The translations under genes and the position numbers were made by a program. Below are positions 54,749-64,000 of a stretch of 64,000 bases of DNA, one piece after another (within the stretch, counting starts at the first letter, position 1; every line of letters starts with the position of its first letter). This DNA is from Octopus vulgaris (lineage: Eukaryota): NCBI GenBank assembly GCA_951406725.2, contig OX597832.1:20336001-20400000 (forward strand), given 5' to 3'. The notes beneath the pieces are model-generated. The model searched no databases. It was not told where the DNA came from and saw nothing but the letters and a program-made list of their open reading frames with translations.

Positions 54749-55377
54749 TGCCTGTGTTGAAATTTAACTAACTAGTGTAACATCAGGGCATTGGCGTGTG
54801 TTATAGTCACAGTTATTCGGATTCTAGAATGAAAACTGTGGAAACTTTAGAGAGAGGAGGAGGGAAAAAGAGAAAGAGAGTGGGAGGGAGAGAGTGAGAG
54901 AGAGAGAGAATAGGAGAGAGAGAGAGAGAGAGAGAATGGGAGAGAGAAAACATTAGTGAGTATAGAACGTGAATGACAAAGATAGTTGATAAGAATGGTG
55001 TTTGTTTTATCAACGCGATATATCCAAACAAGATAAAAGGAAAAATAAAGGATTATATGAGAACATGAAGAAACTGATAAAGTAAATATATTATACTTTT
55101 GGTGTAATTTAATTGAATCAAAGGAATCCGGAGAAAAAAAAAATGTTGTGTTTAATTTCAACATTTTATCACAGTTATGTTTTGCTTTTAATGCTCGTAG
55201 ATTTTTACACAAATAAGCGAAAAGAGATTATGAAATGTTAATGTACCTTTCTTAGGAATAAGAGACAGTGAACTCACAAGGAGACGATTCTGTAGTCTCT
55301 ACCAGCGCTGGAAATACCAGCTATTTCGATTTGGAGAGTAAAATAAATTTAAAGTAGGCAGTTGAATTTTAAATAGT

Positions 55378-55525
55378 CGCAGGCGTGACTTTGAGGCTAA
55401 GAAGATTGCTTTGCAGATACTTTTTTAGGTTTAGCGTCACTACCTGGCAACTTAGATTATCTCCAGGGAGAACATTGTCTTTATAAATGAATTCCGTAGA
55501 CTAAAACTGTGTGGAACCTCACTGT
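55378..55525 (+). mobile_element. SINE family A head, diverged
   Basis: CGCAGGCGTGACT..GGCTAAGAAG.TTGCTT...GTAGACTAAAACTG. Confidence 0.55.
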
Positions 55526-55600
55526 GTATGTGACCGCGTGTGTACCGTTGGCGATTTTTTTCCCTCTGTCTTCCCTTCTCTGGATCTTTCCTTCACCTAT

Positions 55601-55635
55601 GTTTCCGACGAAGAGCTTCGCTCGAAACGTTAAAC
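55601..55635 (+). ncRNA. Type I minimal hammerhead (CCGACGA variant) in a short PLE-like element (55543-55698)
   Basis: GUUU-CCGACGA-A-GAGC-UUC-GCUC-GAAAC-GUU|AAAC; stems I and II intact; palindromic stem III AACGUU. Confidence 0.75.
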
Positions 55636-56074
55636 CCTCCTTTTTTCCTTCTTTCCTGGGCGTCCAATAATACTATATTTGTTCCACGTCCTCGCGTTAT
55701 TGAGATGCATTAAAATCAAAACCCTACACAGAACTACACAGAAGCACATTCACAGGAGCATGGATATTCTAGAAAGTTCACAACATTCAAACAATCGTAT
55801 GCTGTCATAGTAATGGATATACATAGAGACCACACGGAGACAAACATTCGCACATATGCAAACACGTATATATAACATAAAATATATACGCATATATACA
55901 TACATTAACACATATATATTTCTTTAGTTTGTAAGAAGCAGTGCTACCTTCAGAATAATGTGTTTGTGTCTATTTCTGTATGCATTTTGTTTTTGTTATT
56001 GTACCTGTGTTTGTTACTCACACCTGAGTTAGTTTGTCTACGTTCCCACAACTTTGCTGTTTTACAAACGAGAA

Positions 56075-56360
56075 CTATGAAGTAATTACGAATCTTAAAG
56101 CATATGTGCTGGGATTGTTACGCGCGACTAAAATATCTCTTGAATGCAGTGCCCTATCATCGTACCACTCCAATGATTGAAAGAAGTAAAAGTCTGTCTT
56201 GCCTTCGAAACACGCTGGAGCCGAACTAGTGACAGCTGATGAAGGGGATTTTTCCTTGTGTAGTATGTCCTGTACTCTGTTTTTTGTTGTAAAAAAATGG
56301 TTTTTCCGTTTTCGTTTCTCGTTGAGTTCTACGTCTAGTTGAGGTGTCCTGTACTCACGT
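56075..56360 (+). mobile_element. PLE-terminus-like element with two decayed hammerhead cores
   Basis: CUCCA...GAAAGAAG/CUUGCCUUC-GAAAC-AC-GC-UGGAG (56168-56220) and CUGAUGA-AGGGGA-UUUU-UCCUU (56236-56257); ends at a TA-rich tract. Confidence 0.4.
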
Positions 56361-56465
56361 GTATATATATTTATATATGCATGTATATATATATGTAGAT
56401 GTAGGTACGTACATATATGTTTGTATGTATGCATATATTTTATTTATTACACTATATATATATAA

Positions 56466-56642
56466 CCGGGCGACGCGTTGTGTTCCTGTGCAAAACACTT
56501 CATTTCACGTTGCTCCAGTTCACTCAGCTGGCAAAAATGTATAACGCTGCGATGGACTGGCGTCCCGTCCAGCTGGGGAACACATACGCCATAGAAACCA
56601 GGAAACCGGGCCCATCAGCCTGGATGGGTTTTAAAAGGGCGC
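56466..56642 (+). mobile_element. SINE family C with V-domain-like core (head truncated)
   Basis: GCTGCGATGGACTGGCGTCCCGTCCAGCTGGGGAACACATACGCCATAGAAACC, then a (TTTA)n tail. Confidence 0.75.
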
Positions 56643-57177
56643 ATTTATCTATCTATTTATTTATTTATTTATTTATTTATATTCCGTTGATCGTATCAGC
56701 TTGAACTCTCATCGGTGTAACTATAGGAAACCTGGGCCTTGTGTGTTCTGTAATTATACAACACTTTGATTTTGAGGCTCCTTTCAGTGCTTGTGCCTTT
56801 ATATATGAACGTGTGTTTATGAGATACGACAAAGCTTTGCATTACACGATATATTTTTTCGCTGCATGTGAACATGTACACATGTATGATACTGTTTATA
56901 TGTGCGAATATGTGTGTCTGGCATAACAATGTACGTTAATCGTTGGCGGTGTGCGTGTGACTCTATCAATATCTGATCAAATGTAAATGCGTATTACGAG
57001 TCATTGCATATTCCTGGTTAGATGTGCATGTTCGTCGGTACGTGTATACGTGAGTGTGTTGCACTGATACACATAAACACACATATGTATATATATATAT
57101 GTGTGTGTGTGTATGTATGTATGTATGTATACATATATATATATATGTGTATATATATATATATATATGTGTGTGTG

Positions 57178-57265
<88 letters not shown>

Positions 57266-57654
57266 TATGCGTAAAAATTTGTGATTACATATTTCGCTTT
57301 TGAAATCTCAGTATGTGTGTGTCCAGATATGCATATACGTATATAAGTGTGTGATTGCATGCGCATAATTGTTTGTACATATGAGTTTGTACGTGCTTTT
57401 GTGTGCGTACGTATGCATGTGTGTGTTTGTGTGTGTGTGTGTGTGTAGATGGGTGGGTGCGTGATTATTCTTGTGCGTGTTAAAACTAACGTCTGTGTAG
57501 AGAGATGTGCGCATGTCTTTTGTGGCATGTACTTAAGCATACGTGAGTTTTTAGTTTTAAATTTCTAAAACTGTTTACCTTGGGCAATCTCAGTGATTAC
57601 AAAGCAATACAGAGAACTAAACAGATAGCTGCATTCATTTTGCTATGACAATGC

Positions 57655-57656
<2 letters not shown>

Positions 57657-57713
<57 letters not shown>

Positions 57714-57715
57714 TG

Positions 57716-57809
<94 letters not shown>

Positions 57810-57980
57810 CAATAATGATAATTATAATAGTAAAAAAAAATATTGATGGCGATGATGATGATGATAATAATAATAATAACAATAATAATAATAATAATAA
57901 TAATAATAGTAATAATAATAATAATGATAATAATAACAACAATAATAATGATGATGATGATAATAATAATAATAATAACA

Positions 57981-58062
<82 letters not shown>

Positions 58063-58088
58063 TAATATTAATAACAATGATAATGATA
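57657..58088. repeat. (AAT)n/(GAT)n microsatellite
   Basis: About 430 bp of AAT-dominated triplets. Confidence 0.97.
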
Positions 58089-58414
58089 AGATGAAGAGAA
58101 AGATGAAGAAAAATAATAACTGACGGAATTATTATTATTGTTGTTGTTGGTTTTGTTGCTATGCATAAAAATAATAGAATGCAAAAATAAATACTTTATT
58201 AGACATTTTAAGTAGTTATATGTGCGCATGCGCTTTGGTGCATGTGCCAGTGTCATTTTAGCACAATGGAGATTGAAACGTTAACACACGTTCATACACA
58301 CACACACACATATATGTATGTATGTATATACACGCGGACAGGTGCGACAATTTTTATCCTTATAGTGACGTTTCCGTATGAATTCCATATAGGTATACGT
58401 GTGGGGGTGGGGGG

Positions 58415-58463
<49 letters not shown>

Positions 58464-58491
58464 TATACATATATACATATATATATATATA

Positions 58492-58534
<43 letters not shown>

Positions 58535-58549
58535 AGATATATAGATATA

Positions 58550-58613
<64 letters not shown>

Positions 58614-59687
58614 ATAAATAGATATACACACTTACACATACAAAATCACAAACACACACACATATTTATGTCTTACTGTGCGTGCATGTATACGTATGTG
58701 TGTATATGTGTGTGAGAATGTATTTCTGTGTATGCAAGACTGCATATGTTTTTTTTTACGTGTTCCATTAAAATATTCTTTTTTCAACGCGTGTGACTAA
58801 GAAATCTCACAATTCATTATGAATATAGCATATATTGTTTGTTCTAGTTTTTAGTTCATAAATTCTATAATAATGGAATTTAACTAGCAGAAACATCCAC
58901 TAGATCGATAAATAAATAAACAAAATATATTTATAAAATATTAATGTTGTTTAAAAACAAAAAAAATAATTCTCACAACAGAATCAGATTAAATGAAAGA
59001 AATAAAAAGAAAACGATGCTTTAATCCACGTAAGATGGCAAAAAATTACAAACCGACTTTTCATACAGATCCGCAGGTTATTTGCTGTTTCGGCAGTTTG
59101 TCTGATATTATTCGAACACAATAGATACATTTGGGACATCGGATGTAGAGATTAAAAACATTAAATGAGTAAGAGTATTTCTAGTATAATTCTAGATGTT
59201 TAGATATTTGATTTCATTTATATGGAACAAATATTCATATACGGAAACACCGTCGGGGCGGGGTGAAGGCGTACGTTTTATGTTGTGTGTATGTATGTAT
59301 GTATGTATGTAAGTATGTATGTATCTGTCTCTCCTCTTTGTCTACTTATAGACATATGCATACGTATGCACATTTACTGAGAACAATATGCATATATATA
59401 TATATGTATGTATCTATGTTTGTATGTATGTATGTATGTATGTATGTATGTATGTATGTATGTATGTATGTATATACAGAGTGTGAGGGAGAGAGGGACA
59501 TAAGATAGGTGTAGACGTATGTCTACAAACACAGACATACATATACACTTTCATATATGTATATCTGTATAAATATATATACATATATATATGTGTGTTT
59601 GTGTGTTTGTGTGTGTATGTGTGTGTTTGTGTTGATATATATATATATTTGTATATACGTATATATACATCTAGATATATATATATG

Positions 59688-59746
<59 letters not shown>

Positions 59747-60614
59747 GCATGTATGTATGTATGTATGAACGTATAAATGCTTATATGGATAGTATTGTCA
59801 GATATGCTAAAAGCATATAGTAAATCAATGCGCTAACAAACATATGTGGAAACAACTTACTCTATGAATTTATATGGAAGATTTAAAATAATCAAATATT
59901 TTTTAAGCAAAAAAGCAAAACAGCAATATTAAGAATAATCTTTTGTTTCGTACATTACGTTTTTTAGTTAGCAAATATCGAAAATGTCAGTTGACAAATT
60001 ACCAATTTGCGAAAGAAAAAAATTAATCACAAACATAGACATGCAGACGTATATACGTAGATACGAGCGCACACATATATTTGTATACAGACGAGCATAG
60101 AGACACTTTTACCAACAAACATAAATTGCAACAAACATGTATTTTAACATAAATATAAACGAATATCAAAAGAAACAAGCAGAGGAAGGTGAAAAAAGCG
60201 TTTCTATCCACCCGAGGATGTGATAATTTCAAAAGATGATAGTATGAGATGAGATAAAAAAGTAAAACTGTGAAAAGAAAGGGAAGGAAATGCGAAGAAG
60301 GGTGTGAAAAAAATTGTATAAACAGCACACAAAAAAAAAATTGAAAACAATGGCGAACAAAGATTATAAAGAGAAGTTAAATGTACAGAATGCATTTGTG
60401 TCGTAATATTTGTGAATCGGCAAGCTAACAGGAACAATTAATCTGAATACAAAGCGAAAAATATATTTAAACATACTAATATATAATGATTAGGAGAGAA
60501 AAGAAAAAGCATTAGAGATAACGATAGACTGTTAAAGAGCGGCTTAAAGAGAATGACACAGACGAGACAAGTTAAGATGTAAATACGCATATAACACTCC
60601 AGGAAAATTATATA

Positions 60615-60648
<34 letters not shown>

Positions 60649-60789
60649 GTTTAACGTCTGCTTTCCATGCTAGCATGGGTTCGACGATTTGACTGAGGAC
60701 TGGCTCCAACAATTTGAAAACTCCACCAGAATGGACGAAAGCGCTATAATATGATATATGATATAAGTAATATGATGTATAAAAACATG

Positions 60790-60820
<31 letters not shown>

Positions 60821-60961
60821 GTTCAACGTCCGATTTCCATGCTAGCATGGGTTCGACGATTTGACTGAGAACTGACTCCAACAATTTGAAAACTCCACCA
60901 GAATGGACGAAAGCGCTATTATATGATATATTATATAAGTAATATGATGTATAAAAACATG

Positions 60962-60998
<37 letters not shown>

Positions 60999-61055
60999 GT
61001 TTAACGTCCGTTTTCCATGCTAGCATGGGTTCGACGATTTGACTGAGGACAGGCT
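60615..61055. repeat. Tandem triplication of RTE 3' tail plus ~80-bp spacer (172/178-bp period)
   Basis: (CAT)n-CGTTYAACGTC..TTTCCATGCTAGCATGGGTTCGACG with the CGT at 60648, 60820 and 60998. Confidence 0.9.
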
Positions 61056-61932
61056 CAAATCTTGATCTGGCGGAGTTTCTATAGCTGGATGCCCTTCCTA
61101 ACGCCAACCACTCTGAGAGTGTAGTGGATGCTTTTACGTGCCACCAGCACGAGGGTCGGTCAGGCGGTACTGGCAATGGCCACGCTGAAATGGTGTTTTT
61201 ACGTGCTACCTGCACAGGAACCAGTCCAGTGGGAATGGCAGCAACCTCGCCCGAATGTTTTTTCCTGTGCTACCAGCACAAGTGCCAGGAAGGCGTCGTT
61301 GGTAATGATCACGCTGAAATGGTGCCCTTTACGTGTCACCAGCACGGAAGCCAGTTAGCCGCTTTGGCAAAAATCACGCTCGGATGGTGCTCTTCCCGCT
61401 CCACTAGCATGGATGTCAGTAATCGAATTTGATTTCGCTTTCGATTCCACCTCAACAGGTCTTCGCAAGCAGAGTTTAGTGTCCAATGAAGGAAAGGTAC
61501 GCATAGGTAGGCTGGTTACGCTCCTGGCATAGTCCACGAGGTTATTGTCTCATTTGGCTTGCCGGGTCTTCTCAAGCACAGCATATTTCCAAAAGTCTCG
61601 GTCACTAGTCATTGCTTTGGTGAGGCCTAATGTTCAAAGGTCATGCTTCACCACTTCATCCCAGGTCTTCCCGAGTCGTACTCTTCCGCAGGTTCCCTAA
61701 ACCGATAGGGTGTGGCACTTTTCACACTGCTATCCTCATCAATTCTCGCCACATGACCATAACAGCGCAGTCGTCTCTCTTGCACACTACATCTGATGCT
61801 TCTTAGGTCCAACTTTTCTCTCAAGGTACTTAGCCTCTGCCTAGTGTGCACGCTGACATTACACATTCATCGGATCATACTGGATTCATTCCTTGCGTGC
61901 TTATGCATGTCCTCAGCAGTCACAGCCCATAC
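60962..61932 (-). mobile_element. RTE-clade LINE 3' portion with (GAT)n tail
   Basis: MCNVSVHTRQRLSTLREKLDLRSIRCSVQERRLRCYGHVARIDEDS resembles the RTE C-terminal RRLRW.GHV.R motif; frameshifted; long 3' UTR. Confidence 0.8.
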
Positions 61933-62718
61933 TTTATTTTATTGACCGGAGAAGAATGAAAGGCTAAACTGGACTTGGCAGGACATGAACTCAAGATATA
62001 AATGATAATCAACCCATCATTCTACTGACTTACACTACACACTCAATAACACTATAAAATGGTCAAATTTTTTCTCCAAGATCTTAGACCCTCCTTCGAG
62101 TAAACATCCTGACCAACTACAAAAGAAACCAGCAAAACAATTATTTCTTCTTCCCTCTCTCCCTTGTTTTTCCTTTCCTTCTTTTTCTTGAACACTTTTT
62201 TCAGATACGAACACGCACACACACATGATCTCTCTGAATTTCTCCCCATTCATCACTCTCTTGTACTATCTTATATCCCTCCCCACCACTACACACTCAA
62301 TAACACTATAAAATGGTCACATTTTTTCCACAGGAACTTAGTTCAATTTGAAACCTCAACCAGAATGGACGAAAGCGGTGTTATATGATATATGATATAA
62401 GTTATATGATGTATAAAAACATGCGATATATATATGTATGATATACATATATACATATGATATGACAAAGAGTCGCGCACGAAATAATTTTAGTATGCGC
62501 TGGAACTGTGAAAGACTTGCTTCCTTCAATTTTTCTACACACGAATCGCCACAATGAATAACAATAATTCTACTATTAATAGTAATAATAATGATAATAA
62601 TAATAATCGTATTAATAATGATAACATAATAGGAATAACATGCCAAATCTTTTGGAGCGTGAGATGTATATATATATATATATATTCATCAATAGATAGA
62701 TAGATATATAGACAGGTG

Positions 62719-62802
<84 letters not shown>

Positions 62803-63239
62803 TACATGCGTATATGTACCAATTGTTTGTATATATATATACGCATATATATGTTAGTAAGTTGTGCTATCTCTGTATATGTAGTAATTTCATTTAGGTG
62901 TTAAACCCTGGAGTTTAACGGAATTAAGCTAAAAGAAGTAAAGAATCGATCTTCCATTTTGTCTTATGTGTCAATGTTTGCGTATAGTATTGTATAATGA
63001 TATATTAATGCTCACGAGATCGATTTTCGATAGAACAATTGTAAATGAATGAAATAAAAGTAGTTACTCCCTCTATTCTCCTTGATCATAATTATTCATA
63101 TGCACATATATATAAAATATTATACAACTATATATACACACAGACACATACACACACACTCACTCACTTATACATACACACACAAGCACACACTCTTACA
63201 TACACACGCACACAAACATACTCATATATGTATATATTC

Positions 63240-63309
63240 AAATTTAGGATATTATACAATTTAGGATATTATACAAATTTAGGATATTATACAAATTAAG
63301 ATATTATAC
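63240..63309. repeat. 17-18 bp minisatellite (AAATTTAGGATATTATAC x4)
   Basis: Four tandem copies; a partial inverted copy TATCCTAATTT lies near 63336. Confidence 0.9.
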
Positions 63310-63839
63310 ATATATGTATATATACCAATATGTATATATCCTAATTTCCACATCCTAAGATCTTATTGGTACGTCTATATACAGAGAAAAATTCAAATTG
63401 AAGACCCGAATCTAACAAGTGGCATATTATGCATAATAATTCAATTTGCTAAATTTACAACGAAATTTTCCTTAGATCTTTCCTTATTGTGTTAAATAAG
63501 GAATGGAACATTTAAAATGTACTTCTAAATATATTATAACAGAAAAAAGAGTTATGTCAAACTGTTGGAAGGTTTTCAATGAAAGAATTTCTCCTTTAAT
63601 GCTAATCTCAGAATATAACAATTACGAAAGCGTCAAGGCCATAACTAGTATCGTTCATTCACATATCGTTCGTTCGCCCAACTCTGTGGAAATCGTAATA
63701 CAAACAGTACAGGAATCACACTGTATCACTACAGTTTCAAAAACCGTCCTGCCAGCACCGCCGTACATATCTGGAGAAACCCCAGCGCGCTTCTGTAACC
63801 AACGTATACTTGTTCTGCTTGAAGGCAAGGGCAGGCTAT

Positions 63840-63907
63840 GCATAGAACTCTGGTACGAACCGATGACTTTTAAACCAAAAGGCCATCACCTTATCCATTT
63901 GGCCATT
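63840..63907 (-). mobile_element. Old tRNA-like SINE head
   Basis: Minus strand TGGCCAAATGGATAAGG (box A) and GGTTCGTACC (box B) at tRNA-like spacing; no full cloverleaf. Confidence 0.45.
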
Positions 63908-64000
63908 ATGACTCTTCAACGCATTCTGCTATTGTTTATTGCTATATTTCCACGACCTCTTTGCCATTTCCGTCAGGTAACCACGTGACTTTTTATCACC

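Noticed and set aside
63503-63988. 161-aa non-repetitive ORF
   Set aside because: No recognisable motif and it overlaps a minus-strand tRNA-like SINE head; cannot be excluded as an exon without a homology search.

Overview
AT-rich eukaryotic non-coding DNA, saturated with microsatellites and interspersed repeats. The SINE families and (TA)n/(AAT)n density resemble octopus/cephalopod genomic DNA (recalled resemblance, not searched). I can support no intact protein-coding gene; nearly all ORFs in the track are microsatellite translations or decayed retroelement pieces. Recognisable elements: three tRNA-derived SINE families (many copies, one amplified into a 184-bp tandem array), three decayed Dong/R4-type LINE fragments next to (TAA)n tracts, RTE-type LINE 3' ends, a non-autonomous Helitron and a Tc2/pogo-like MITE. 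The unexplained signal is RNA structure. About ten hammerhead-ribozyme (HHR) motifs sit in short non-coding elements, often inverted-repeat and mostly embedded in (TA)n, typical of Penelope-like-element (PLE) termini or retrozymes. The best candidate for something new is a near-identical 777/775-bp tandem array (7874-10002). Each unit carries every HHR core element and helix, but in a non-circularly permuted, pseudoknotted order; a diverged partial homolog at 51.2 kb keeps the core. A tRNA-headed, HHR-tailed SINE-like element (16.7-17.1 kb, relative at 13.7-13.9 kb) is also notable. All folds were paired by eye and no activity is shown.
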